A stretch of DNA of 64,000 nucleotides from Mobula hypostoma (taxonomy: Eukaryota): assembly GCF_963921235.1 (NCBI RefSeq), contig NC_086108.1, forward strand, positions 75,146,001-75,210,000. The letters are read 5' to 3'. Shown in pieces: positions 37,840 to 50,222 of this stretch. Numbering within the stretch: the stretch's first letter is position 1; every line of letters starts with the position of its first letter. The notes below the pieces were generated by a model, which saw only the letters and a list, made by a program, of their open reading frames with translations, was not told where the DNA came from and searched no databases. A program made the translations under genes and the position numbers.

Positions 37840-39986
37840 TTCTACCTCCTACCCAAGATCCACAAACCTGCCTGCCCAGGTAGACCCATTGTCTCAGCTT
37901 GCTCCTGCCCCACTGAACTCATTTCTGCATACCTCAACACTGTTTTATCCCCCCTTGTTCAATCCCTTCCCACCTATGTTCGTGACACTTCTCACGCTCT
38001 GAATCTTTTCAATGATTTTAAGTTCCCTGGCCCCCACCGCTTTATTTTCACCATGGATGTTCAGTCCCTATATACCTCCCTCCCCCACCAGGAAGGTCTC
38101 GAAGCTCTCTACTTCTTTTTGGATTCCAGACCTAACCAGTTCCCCTCTACCACCACTCTCCTCCGTCTAGCGGAATTAATCCTTACTCTCAATAACTTCT
38201 CCTTTGGCTCCTCCCACTTCCTCCAAACTAAAGGTGTAGCCATGGGCCCCCGTATGGGTCCCAACTATGCCTGCCTTTTCATTGGCTTTGTACCAAGCCT
38301 ATACTGGTATCTGTCCCGCTCTTTTCCTTTGCTACATCGACGACTGCATTGGTGCTGCTTCCTGCACAAATGCTGAGCTCGTTGACTTCATTAACTTTGC
38401 CTCCAACTTTCACCCCGCTCTCAAGTTTACCTGGTCCATTTCCGACACCTCCCTCCCCGTTCTTGATCTTTCTGTCTCTGTCTCTGGAGACAGCTTATCT
38501 ATATTATGTTACTATAAGCCTACGGACTCTCACAGCTACCTGGACTATTCCTCTTCCCACCCTGTCTCTTGCAAAAATGCCATCCCCTTCTCGCAATTCC
38601 TCCGTCTCCGCTGCATCTGCTCTCAGGATGAGGCTTTTCATTCCAGGACAAAGGAGATGTCTTCCTTTTTTAAAGAAAGAGTCTTCCCTTCCTCCACCAT
38701 CAACTCTGCTCTCAAACGCATCCCTCCCACTTCACGCACATGTGCTCTCACCCCATCCTGTTGCCACCCCACTAGGATGAGGGATTCCATTGTCCTAACC
38801 TACCACCCCACCAGCCTCCGGCTCCAACATATAATTCTCCGTAACTTCCACCACCTTCAACGGAATCCACCACCAAGCACGTCTTTCCCTCCCCTCCCCT
38901 TTCTGCTTTCTGCAGGGATCGCTCCCTACGCAACCCCCTTGTCCATTCGTCCCCCCCATCTCTTCCCACCAATCTCTCTGCCGGCACTTATCCTTGTAAG
39001 CGGAACAAATGCTACACATGCCCTTACACTTCCTCCCTTACCACCATTCAGGACCCCAGACAGTCCTTCCAGGTGAGGTGACACTTCACCTGTGAGTCGG
39101 CTGGGGTGATATACTGCGTCCGGTGCTCCCGATGTGGCCTTCTATATATTGGCGAGACTCGACGCACACTGGGAGACCGCTTTGCTAAACACCTACGCTC
39201 TGTCTGCCAGAGAAAGCAGGATCTCTCAGTGGCCACACATTTTAATTCCATATCCCATTCCCATTCTGATATGTCTATCCACGGCCTCCTCTACTGTAAA
39301 GATGAAGCCACACTCAGGTTGGAGAAACAACACCTTATATTCCGTCTGGGTAGCCTCCAACCTGATGGCATGAGTATTGACTTCTCTAACTTCCGTTAAT
39401 GCCCCTCCTCCCCTTCACACCCCATCCCATATTAATTTATTTTATATTTTTTTTATTCCCCCCCCCCTTTTTCTCTCTCTCTTTTTTCTCCCTCTGTCCC
39501 TCTCACTATAACTTCTTAGCTGCTCTCCACTCTCCAGGCTACCCTCCCCCCTTCTCTTTCTCCCCAGGCTTCCCGTTCCATGATCCTCTCCCTTCTCCAG
39601 CTCTTAGATCCACCCCTCCCCTCCTGTCTTCTCCTATCATTTCGGATCTCCCCTTCCCCCTCCCACTTTCAAATCTCTTACTAGCTCTTCTCTCAGTTAG
39701 TCCTGACAAAGGGTCCTGGCCCAAAACGTCGACTGTACCTCTTCCTGTAGACGCTGCCTGGCCTGCTGCGTTCACCAGCAACTTTTATGTGTGTTGCTTG
39801 AATTTCCAGCATCTGCAGATTTCCTCATGTTTGAGTCTTGTAAATGATGGACATGATTTTGGAAGTCATGGGGAGAGCTAGTCTTTGACCTGTTTTTGTA
39901 GTAACACTCTGTATATGGCTACTTCTGTTCCATTCTGATCAATGTTAGCACTGCATATTGATAATGGGTCATTCAGTGATGGTAAT

Positions 39987-40230
39987 TGTGTATTTAATAA
40001 TTCAGTAATATTTGAGTAACATTGTATATATATTGATTGATTAAGCATTTTGTTGTTTAAATAATTCATTATGGCTAATATGTAAAAGTATGTGAATGGC
40101 ATACATCATTATGACACTACATCATCTGTGAGCACCTTGCTTAAGGTAAAAACAAAATTAAGACACAAACCTACCAGCTCCACATTTTTCTTTCAAGTCG
40201 TTTTATGTTTTGGAGTTACAAAACATAACA
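39987..40230 (+). mobile_element. Probable solo LTR, copy 1
   Basis: TG...CA termini; 5-bp flanks GTAAT/ATAAT (one mismatch); inverted homologue at 42008-42237. Confidence 0.65.
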
Positions 40231-42007
40231 ATAATGTCATTTAATTCCAGGGGCTGATAGCTGGAGTTTCCCTTGTTATCATCATTGCCTGGTAATTGTC
40301 ATATGTGAATGTTACTTACCGCCTTCATTGACCTAACACCCCTCATTCTGAGAAATCCCTCCATATTAAAAATACCATTTGTAAATTATTCATAAAATGT
40401 AATTTAGTAAAAATAACCCAACAGCCTCTTGGGAACTGCTAAATTTAAACCTTGTCCATGTATTAAAAAGTAAGATTATCTTCTGAAAGATCAGTAGCCA
40501 AGATTCATCCTTTTCCGGCCTTGCACGGACAAATTAGTTAGCAACTTCCCATTTCCTGCCTGGTCTACAAACCAGTCAATAACATCATGAATCTCTTTGC
40601 AACTAGCCTCTTAGATAGCTAAACCTAAATTTTGATTGTTGGAATTTATGTTCCTAAATCAACCATGAGTATGCAGCAAGAACAAAATTGGACTAGCCAT
40701 TGAACCCCTAGGTTTATCATCTCCATCCATTTTCCAGACTATGCATCATCCACTTATCTGACAAGACATTAACAATTGTGATCATTATGTCCATTAGCAA
40801 CCATGAATACAATTTCTGTGTTGTTCATCTATCTAAATTAGTTTCAAAATGAAGGACAAATAGGTCTTCTGTGGGATATTGATTAATTTACCTTTATTAG
40901 CCCGAGGATTTATGGTGCAGTAAAATCACTGCACCTTTCTCCAATATTTCACCTGACTAAAAGTATTTGGAGAGTAAGTTGCCATTTTTTAAAATCTTTT
41001 TTTTTTGCTCTATCCAAGTGATTCTCTATTAGAAGGAGTTAAATGTGTAGGGGATAAAAATGATGCATTTGTCTTATCTAGGTTACTGAGTTTTATTGGA
41101 TTAGAATGAATGATCATTCACAGCAGGCTATTCTACTGCTGTGGCCTCTGGTGCTGAGCTTGTTGCATTAAAGATGTGTGATGATGAATGCTGGAAGGTG
41201 CAGCTCGAGATTGCCCACTCTGAATTCCATTCCTGGTTTATCTTTACTTTTTATTTTTCCCATATTTATCAATTTCCTTTCTTACACTTAATCACTGATT
41301 TAAATTCTCTTATCAGTGGAATTGCTTATCAATAGGCCCACTTTATCTCATAAGATATGCTTATTCAATAACTAAATAGCCTTCATTGCCATTTTGTTGT
41401 CTAATAAGTTATTTCTCTATCTAATTATTATCACTACGATCAATTTCAATTTACATAAACAGCTTTTGCCTTGGACATTTAAAGATTTATTTTGAAAGGC
41501 AACTTAATTAAAAGTTAAAAAATAAAAAAAACAGACAGAAAGAGTTAACATTTCATATCAATGATCTTGCATCTGATCTCAGTAAGCTGAACTTGATTAT
41601 TCAGTGCAAACTGAAGGTTTGAGTGCCATCTCTGCTTCTAGTCATTTACTTAACTGGGTTGTTTGTTTGGAATTAGTTCAGCATTTTATCTTCATGTTGG
41701 GCATGTCATCAAGAAATTAAAGCATCAATCTGGGGATTCCTTTCAAAGCTCTACAATATCTACAAACCTTTCCAGTTTGCCAACTAATCTCATTAATAGG
41801 TTCGCTCTTTTTATAGTTTTCTGAAATATGCTTTGATTATGGGAACAGATTCATTATTAATAAAACGTTCATTTAAGTTACTCTGATAATGTTCTTAATT
41901 GTTTGAAGAACTTCTTAATCCCTAGTATCACTATAGTCCCAGTAAAAAAAAGTATTTTGGTAATCATTTGTTAATAAGTTTGTCACCTTCCTTAATTCCA
42001 TATAATA

Positions 42008-42237
42008 TGTTATGTTTTGTAATTCCAGAAACTAATCAAAAAGAAAAACACGGGAGCCCGGAATGCCCGCTTTATTTAATGAGACGTGCAAATATGACAT
42101 GGTGATGTAACAACGTATGTCATTCACATACTTTTACTTATGACCAGTAATAAATTATGTAAACAACAAGGAATGCTTAACCAAACAATATACTTACAAT
42201 ATTACTCAAATATTACTGAAATACTAAATACACAACA
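42008..42237 (-). mobile_element. Probable solo LTR, copy 2
   Basis: TGTTATG...CACAACA termini; reverse complement aligns with 39987-40230; no clear TSD. Confidence 0.6.
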
Positions 42238-42428
42238 TTGTATATTTGACAATTTTGGGAGGGAACTTCCTACATTTCTCCTGAACCCACTGGATACTTG
42301 TGATAATATTTAATCTTATGACAACTGTCCTTTTTTCCAGGGGTGTATTGTCCTGTCATTTATCATCTGCAAAACAAAACCTGACTCCATTGTCACAGGA
42401 CTGTTAGTGACTCAAATTGCCTCAATCA

Positions 42429-43528
42429 TAGGCTTATTCAGAAAGTTAGAAGGTACGGGATCCAGGGAAGTTTGGCCAGGTGGATTCAGAATTGGCTTGC
42501 CTGCAGAAGGCAGAGGGTGGTGGTGGAGGAAGTACACTCAGATTGGAGGATTGTGACTAGTGGTGTCCCACAAGGATCTGTTCTGGGACCTCTACTTTTC
42601 GTGATTTTTATTAACGACCTGGATGTGGGGGTAGAAGGGTGGGTTGGCGAGTTTGCAGACGACACAAAGGTTGGTGGTGTTGTAGATAGTGTAGAGGATT
42701 GTCAAAGATTGCAGAGAGACATTGATAGGATGCAGAAGTGGGCTGAGAAGTGGCAGATGGAGTTCAACCCGGAGAAGTGTGAGGTGGTACATTTTGGAAG
42801 GACAAACTCCAAGGCAGGGTACAAAGTAAATGGCAGGATACTTGGTAGTGTGGAGGAGCAGAGGGATCTCAGGGTACATGTCCACAGATCCCTGAAAGTT
42901 GCGTCACAGGTGGATAGGGTAGTTAAGAAAGCTTATGGGGTGTTAGCTTTCGTAAGTCGAGGGATAGAGTTTAAGAGTCGCGATGTAATGATGCAGCTCT
43001 ATAAAACTCTGGTTAGGCCACACTTGGAGTACTGTGTCCAGTTCTGGTCACCTCACTATAGGAAGGATGTGGAAGCATTGGGAAGGGTACAGAGGAGATT
43101 TGCCTGGTTTAGAAAGTATGCATTATGATCAGAGATTAAGGGAGCTAGGGCTTTACTCTTTGGAGAGAAGGAGGATGAGAGGAGACATGATAGAGGTGTA
43201 CAAGATAATAAGAGGAATAGATAGAGTGGATAGCCAGCGCCTCTTCCCCAGGGCACCACTGCTCAATACAAGAGGACATGGCTTTAAGGTAAGGGGTGGG
43301 AAGTTCAAGGGGGATATTAGAGGAAGGTTTTTACTCAGAGAGTGGTTGGTGCGTGGAATGCACTGCCTGAGTCAGTGGTGGAGGCAGATACACTAGTGAA
43401 GTTTAAGAGACTACTAGACAGGTATATGGAGGAATCTAAGGTGGGGGCTTATATGGGAGGCAGGGTTTGAGGGTCGGCACAACATTGTGGGCCAAAGGGC
43501 CTGTACTGTGCTGTACTATGCTATGTCT
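42429..43528 (+). mobile_element. CR1 3' portion, same subfamily as CR1-A
   Basis: ORF 42472..43128 is near-identical to the C-terminal part of ORF 33208..35043; same 3' UTR as 37750-37839. Confidence 0.95.
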
Positions 43529-43584
43529 ATAGCGTACAGCATTTAGTAGCTATGATATGCAGTACAGTACATGAATATAAAACA

Positions 43585-44560
43585 CAAGGCAATATAGCAT
43601 TGGAATAAGCCCTTTGGCCTACAACTAGACTATCCCTTTTACCTACACAATGTCAAGATTTGTGTTCCTATCTTACAGTCCTTATTGCCCCTTTTATATT
43701 TGCCTCCGTTACCACCCCTGACAATGCATTACAGGCACTCAGCCCTCTCTATGTGAAATAAAAACTTGGCCCACATAATCACTTTGAGTTTGCCTCCTCC
43801 AACCTTAAATGTATATATTTCAACCTTGGGAAAAACACATTGCCTGTCTACCCCAGCTATGTCCTTCATAATCTTATAAACCTATGACATCTCCCCTCAA
43901 CCACCATCACTCCAGAGAACCCATGTTTATCTATCCTCTCCTTGTACACGTGCACTTTAATCCAGGCATCATCCTGGTAAACCTTTTCTGCACTCTTTCC
44001 AAAGCAACTACAGTAGATCCTTCCTACAATGTGGCAGCAGCAGCTGGATTTTAATAAAACTGCATCATAACATCCTGACTCTTGATTAATAAAGGCACAA
44101 ATGACATGCCCCTCCTTTGCCACCCTCTCAACCTGTGAAGCCACTTTCAGGGAGCTCTAGGCTTGGACCCAATGACCACCTCTACATCAGCCCTGTGCAC
44201 TGTCCCTTTACATTTGATATCCCAAAGTGCAAAACCTTACACTTGGCAGGATTAAACTCCCATTTACCATTTCTCCACTTGCAGCTTCAGTTGATCTATA
44301 TCTTGCTGTATTGGAGTCAGTCACAGCAATGCAGCACAGATACCCTTTGGCAATCTTCTACACTATTCACAACCAATCTTTGTATAGACTGCAAACTTAC
44401 TAACACACATATCCAGGTTTTCATTCAAACAGCAGAGGTCCCAGTGCAAATCTCCATGGAACTCCAACCAAAATAAGCTCCATTGAACATGTGTCTTTCT
44501 AGAGGCAAGCCAATTCTGAATTTAAACAGCCAAGTAACTCTGGATTCCATGGATCTGAAA
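43585..44560 (-). mobile_element. Old CR1 3' half
   Basis: ORF 43866..44144 begins MASQVERVAKEGHVICAFINQ; tail motif GGAATAAGCCCTTTGGCC. Confidence 0.75.
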
Positions 44561-45324
44561 TGGGGCAATAGTGCTAGATTCAATTTCAATTTTGTTTTAC
44601 ACTTTGATTTTTTCCCCAACAACATGAAATGTAGAGCAACAAAAGGATAAAATCACACTGCAGTATTTACCATTTAAACAAAATTCCTATGACTGTTCTT
44701 GAATAAACTCTATGTCCTTGTATAAGCGGCATTATTTCTATCTATAAGCTTCATCCAATTACTTTCAAAAATGCATTGGGACACATAAGGTCATTGGAGT
44801 TCTGTCAATCACTCTTCAAAATGCTGAACAAATTTTGTTTCATTGAATTCAATGGGTGCTAATTTCAGAAAAGATGTAAAGCAGGCAGTCGAACTGCAAT
44901 AATCAAAAATTAAAATCTACACATTGTCTCCAGGTATGAACAAATGAATAGTTGGTGCAAACTCTCCCTAATGCCCCCATCTCATACCTAAGAGAATTCA
45001 TAGTCACAAAGCACTATTTGAGACAACTATTCTCTTCAAGGATCTGTTTCATGTTTTTAAAAAAACCTAAAGACCTTTGGGATGGTTCAAGAGCAGAGGT
45101 TAAAGGCATTATGTCATCAGGAAATTCTTTTTTGTAAGCCCAAGCATCCAGTCCATAAACAGAGAATAAATGTAGTTTATTCAAGTGATGATAGAAATTC
45201 AATCTGTAGCCGTGTGGAAAAGCTATGTCCTATAATTCATCTTTCTTTGTTCTCTCTTCATTTGTGTTGGGTATCAAAATCCACTCACTGCTCTGTAATG
45301 GCTCTCCATTCTGCTTCTTTTCCG

Positions 45325-45338
45325 CCAGCAGATGGTGC
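45325..45338 (+). promoter_or_regulatory. Candidate CTCF site
   Basis: CCAGCAGATGGTGC closely matches the CTCF core CCASYAGRKGGCRS and lies in unique DNA. Confidence 0.35.
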
Positions 45339-45549
45339 ATGTACTAAACCGGGTGGAACCGACTTTCATCCTGATTTTGAGCACCCCGTTCTATCTGAAA
45401 ACTCATTCAAATTACATTCAAGAGGACAACTGGGAAGCCAGTTGTCCTTTTGAATATGCATTGATGAAATTCAGCTGTAAGTTTCTTGATAATAGTTACT
45501 TAACTTATTTTCATGAACATTATGGTCCACGAATTCAATAGCACAGCCT

Positions 45550-46305
45550 AGAGTTGTAGAGTCATACAGTATAGAAACAGGTCCGTTGGTACAAATGGTT
45601 TATGCTGACCAAGATGCCTCATCCAAGCTAGTCCCATATGCCTGTGCTTGACTCATAACCCTCCATGTATCCGCCCAATTGTCTTTTAAAAGTTGCTGTT
45701 GTATCTGCCCCAAACACTTCCTCTGGCAACTGATTCTGCTTAGATACCACCTTTTGTGTATATTTTAAAAAATTCTCCTTAAGTTCCTCTTAAATCTTTC
45801 CCTCTCATCTTAAATATTGTATCTGCCTCAACCACTTTCTCCGGAAGTTGATTCCACTTAGATCCCACCTATAGTTGAAAAATACAGTTGCCCTTCAATT
45901 TCCTCTTAAATCTATCCCCTTTCATCTTAAACCAATGCCCTCTAGTTGTTTATATGCCAACTTTGAGGAAAAGGACTGTTTTCACTCCATCAGTGCCCCT
46001 CATGATTTTATACACCTCTATAAGGTCTCCTATCAGTCTCCTACACTCTACAGAATGAAGTCGTAGTCTGTCCAATCTCTACCTATAACTTAACCCCTCA
46101 AGTCCTGGCAGTATCATTGTAAATCTTTGCTCCATTCTTACCACTTTTGACATTTTTTCCAGAGCAGGGCAACCAAAACCAAACATAGGACTCCAAGTGT
46201 GGTCTCATCAGCATCCTGTTAATTGCACTATGATCTCCCAACTTTCATTCACATTGCTCTGACTTATGAGGGCAACAGGCCAAAAGGCTTCTTCACCACC
46301 TTGTC
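45550..46305 (-). mobile_element. Old CR1 3' portion with an internal tandem duplication of about 115 bp
   Basis: Tail AGAGTCATACAGTATAGAAACAGG; block TGTATCTGCC..CTTAGAT..CCTCTTAAATCT..CATCTTAAA at about 45700-45813 and again at about 45818-45930. Confidence 0.75.
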
Positions 46306-47210
46306 TCTCGAACTTTTTGCATCTGCGTATAGACTTGAAGAGGTCAGCACTCGCATGGCACACAATGTAAAATCGTATTTTGGGCCTTTGCACAAAGTTT
46401 GCTGGCTGAGCAATTCGATGTCAGTCTGCAACGTTAGATGTTTTTGTGAGACTGGAGTGTGGATGTGCACTGAGGAACTCGTGAAGCTTGACTAGAAAAG
46501 TAATCTTTAACTATAAAATAAACCAAGCATATGTTAAAAGGCCTTGACCCATGGTTAAAAATTCTGCTATTGAAGCCAGATAAGGTATTCTTACTGAATC
46601 TTCAGGTTTTTTTTCCTTTTTTCTCTTGGTTAAAACTGTGGACTGGATGCCTTACAGCTTCCGTACCACACAATGATGCAGCCAGACAGGACACACTCGA
46701 TGGGGCTCCTGTAGAAGGTTATTAGAATGAATGAGGGGAGCCTTACATGCCTCAACCTTCTCAGAAAATGTAGACACTGCTATGCATTCTTGACTCTTGA
46801 AGAGGTGTTGAGAGTCCAGGTTAGGTCATCTGTTATGTGCACACCAAGGGATGTTATTCTCTTCACTCTCTCCATTGCCAGGGCCAACTTAGCCAACTTC
46901 TTGACTATTATCCTCATTACTTCACAAAGTCCACTGCCATCACTTTTGTCTTGTCCGCATTGAGACCCAGTTTGTTGTTCTCACACCATTTGACACGCCT
47001 CTTTACCTTCTCCCTGTACGTCAACACATCATTGTTGCTGATGAGGCCACCCACTGAGGTATCATCAGTGAATTTAATGATGCAGCTTGAGCTGGATCTG
47101 ACAGTGAAGTCATGAGTCAGTAGTGTGAATGCCAGCAGACTGAGCACGCAGCCCTGGGTGATACCAGTGCTTAGTGTGACGGAGCTTGAGATGTTGCTGC
47201 CAACTTGGAC

Positions 47211-47362
47211 TATAAGACCATTAGATATAGGAGCAGAAGTAGGCCATTCAGCCCATCAAGTCTGCTCTGCCATTCAATCATGGGCTGATCCAATTCTTCT
47301 AGTCATCCCCACACACCTGCTTTCACCCCATACCCTTTGATGCCCTGGCAAATCAAGAACCT
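47211..47362 (-). mobile_element. CR1 3' tail-only insertion inside the Rex1-like LINE
   Basis: ATAAGACCATTAGATATAGGAGCAGAAGTAGGCCATTCAGCCC. Confidence 0.8.
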
Positions 47363-48163
47363 AAGTGGGGTCTTTCCCTCAAGAAGTCCAAGATCAGTTA
47401 CAGAGAGAGGTGTTAAGTCCCAACAAAGACAGAGTACCCACCAGCCTCTGAGGGATGATCATATTAAATACTGAGCTGAAGTCGATGAACAATATCCTGG
47501 TGTATGAGGCATCATTTTCTAGGAGGGACAGAACGCATTGGAGAGTTGAGATTGTGGTATCATCAGGCGACCAGTTTGAGTGGTAGGCGAACTGGAAAGG
47601 ATTCAATGTAACTGGAAGTTGGGATTTATATGATCGATTACCAGCCACTCAAAGCACTTAGTGATTATTGAAGTCAGTGCCACTGGGCAATAATCACTTA
47701 GTCCCATTACTGTTGCACTCTTGGGCACTGGAATGAAGGTGGCTGCCTTGAAGCCTACAGGGACAGTGGACTGTTTCAGAGAGAGATTAAAAATGTCCGT
47801 TAAGACTTCTGTTAGACGGGCCATGCAGTCCCTCAACACCTGTCAAGTATGTTGTCTGCCCCTCCAGCTTTAACAGGGTTTATTTTGGCTAGGGTCACGC
47901 ATATCCCTCACCACAGCTGCGGCCAGACAGAGCGCCTGTTCCTTGGGAAGAGGGTGGCTTTCCTCAATGTCAAATCATTCAATTCATTAAGTTGTGCGTG
48001 GAAAGCATTCAGCCTCTCAGAAGGGGATGCGCCGTTATCATTGAATCATAGGGTAGACTTGTAATCAGTTATGATTTATATCATGCCACATGCACCAAGT
48101 CCCTGCTGTCACAAAGGTGTCTGTGTATTTTCTGTACATACTCACACTTTGCCTTCCTGATGG

Positions 48164-48521
48164 TTCTACGTTTATGGATTAGAGTATTGTGTTTATGGAC
48201 TGTGGACTTTTTCGAACTTATGGTTTTTATTTTCGGTGTTTTTTATTGCCCGTTCCTTTTCCGTTTTGTTGTGTGAGGGGAGGGTTGTTTCTTTTTGGGA
48301 GAGGTCAATGTTTCCAGTTCCATTTTGTGTTGGGGAGGGGTTTTTGGTGGTTGATCATCAGGATGCCATTCTTTTTTGTACGGGTGGGTGGATTTGATCT
48401 TTCTCTCTGAATGACTTCCATGTTCTTTCTTTTTTTCGTGCCTATCTGGAGAAGACAAATTTCAGAGTTGTATATTGATACATGCTTTGGTAATAAATTA
48501 ACCTTTAAACCTTTGAACGTT
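48164..48521 (+). mobile_element. Non-coding retroposon 3' fragment with CCTTTGAA-type tail
   Basis: 6-bp TSD TGATGG at 48158-48163 and 48522-48527; AATAAA before the tail. Confidence 0.75.
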
Positions 48522-49829
48522 TGATGGCACAGGAGAGCACAGCTCTTGTTGACCTTAGAGTCATCCTGTCCCCCATTCTGAAGGCAGCATCCCAATCCCT
48601 AAGCAGTTTCAGGTTTGCTTGGCAGTGCAGTGTTTAATCACGGCAACATCCTCAATGCAAATTCCTATGTAGCCAGTCACCGATCCCACATATTCACCAA
48701 CGTTGATGTGATGATTGTTGGTAGCTGCCTCCTGAACATGCTGCGGTCCGTGCTTTTGAAACAGTCCTGCAATACCGAGGTGATACCTTCTAGCCATTCC
48801 CAGAACTCCCTGTGAAATGGTTTGATTCATTTAACCAGTCGTCTGTATGCAGGGATTAACAAAATAGCTATGTGGTCTGAGAGTTCGAGGTGAGGGTGGG
48901 GGATAATCCTGTGGGCTCCATGAACGTTGATATAAACCAGGTCCAGTATATCCTCTCTTTTGGTTGCGAAGTTGACGTGCTGGTAGAAATTTGGCAGGAA
49001 AGCTTTTAAGTTGGCATAATTGAAGTCACCAGGAACAATGAAGAGGCCACCAGGGCAAGGGCTTCAGGGTTGCCGATGGCACCGTAGAGCTCCTGCAGCA
49101 CTTCCCCAGCAATAGCACAGAGCGGGATATAAACAACAATAGTCACACTGGCAGTGAACTCTCTCGGTAAATGGAAGTGCCCGAAGTTCATTATTAAAAA
49201 CTCTATCTATAGTCAGCAGGTGGGCTTTCACTACTGTAGTGCTCACACACCAGTTCTTAATGATGTAGACACAACAACCTCCTCCATAGGTCTTGCCAGA
49301 GGTTGCAGCCTTTCTGCCCACCTGAAAGGAGATTAGGCCCCCTAGCTGGATTGCCAAGTCTGAAATGGTGTCTTGAAGCCACGTTTCAGTCAGGACATGT
49401 GTGCAACAGTTCCTCATCTCCTACTCGTTCAGATGCAAACACGGGAAAACCAGTTTATTTTCCAGCAATCCGACATTAGCAAGTTGAATCGATGGGAGGC
49501 CTGCTGGATCTCCTTTAAATTTCACTTTAAGTACCAGCACATTTACTATGCTTCTGCATTCAAGCACACTGCTTCCAACAACTACGGCACAGAGCAAGAG
49601 CCCACTTCCTGTGTTAGTCCGTAACTGCTCAGCACCTTCGTCTAGAAAGGTAGAACTGCCGACTTTAGCGTTCGTAACATTCAGCAGTGTTTTTCAGTTA
49701 CAGAAAAGATGAACAGGTCAAGAAATTCCATCGTTGGTTGAAGCTGGAGGGGCTGCTGTGTCCGTGCATGGCACCATCTTGTGACGTCTTATCAACTATG
49801 AAAACTTAACTACTTTTTGTGATGCCTTA

Positions 49830-50222
49830 CCAGTTGTCAAAGCTTACCAACTTTTATTGATGTACCGTAGAAGGCATCCTGTCCTGACGCATCATGGCTT
49901 TACCCAAACATTCTCCCTCCTCCATCACTGGGCAGAAGATATAAAAGTCTGAAAACATGTCCCACTAGGCTCAAGGACAGCATTTAGTCTGCTGTTGTAC
50001 CACTATAGAATGATTCTCCTGAATGATAAGATGGACTTTTGATTTTACAATCTACCTCATTATGAGCTTTCACCTTATGTCGACGTTCTCTGTATTTTCT
50101 TTGTAATTCTAACACTTTATTCTGCACTGCATTATTGTTGTACATAGCTTGTACTCTCTCAATATACTTTTCTAATGGATTGATCTGTAAGTAGGACAGA
50201 TTTATCAGTGACAATAATAATA
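49830..50222 (+). mobile_element. Rex1/Babar-like 3' fragment
   Basis: CCATCACTGGGCAGAAGATATAAAAGTCTG..CACTAGGCTCAAGGACAGC, then a 3' UTR ending TGACAATAATAA. Confidence 0.7.

Larger units (their letters stand above)
32526..39831 (+). mobile_element. Penelope-like element body (32526-32570 and 37840-39831), split by CR1-A
   Basis: 32531-32570 encodes SNLKVPSPCTSCF, which joins in frame to YLLPKIHKP..GRPIVS after 37843; RT motifs MDVQSLYT, GVAMG, YIDD; GIY-YIG ORF 39106..39399. Confidence 0.92.
31200..40330 (-). mobile_element. Ancient LINE relic hosting the nest (pieces about 31200-31756, 39846-39986, 40231-40330)
   Basis: Sequence reads through once the Penelope (TSD TGAGTCTTGTAAAT) and solo LTR (TSD GTAAT/ATAAT) are removed; similar to 8420-9000. 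Confidence 0.55.
46640..49785 (-). mobile_element. Rex1/Babar-like LINE, near full length with 5' end, decayed
   Basis: 5' AAGATGGTGCC; ORFs 49064..49417 (VLTETWLQD, GGGCCVYI), 47603..47839 (DYCPVALTSIITKCFE), 47394..47648 (LFIDFSSVFN) and 46917..47147 (THDF..IKFTDDT). Confidence 0.9.

Noticed and set aside
23440..39781. Recurrent ORFs beginning MLVNAAGQAAS or MAFYILAR
   Set aside because: Antisense or alternate-frame shadows of Penelope copies; repeated only because the element is repeated
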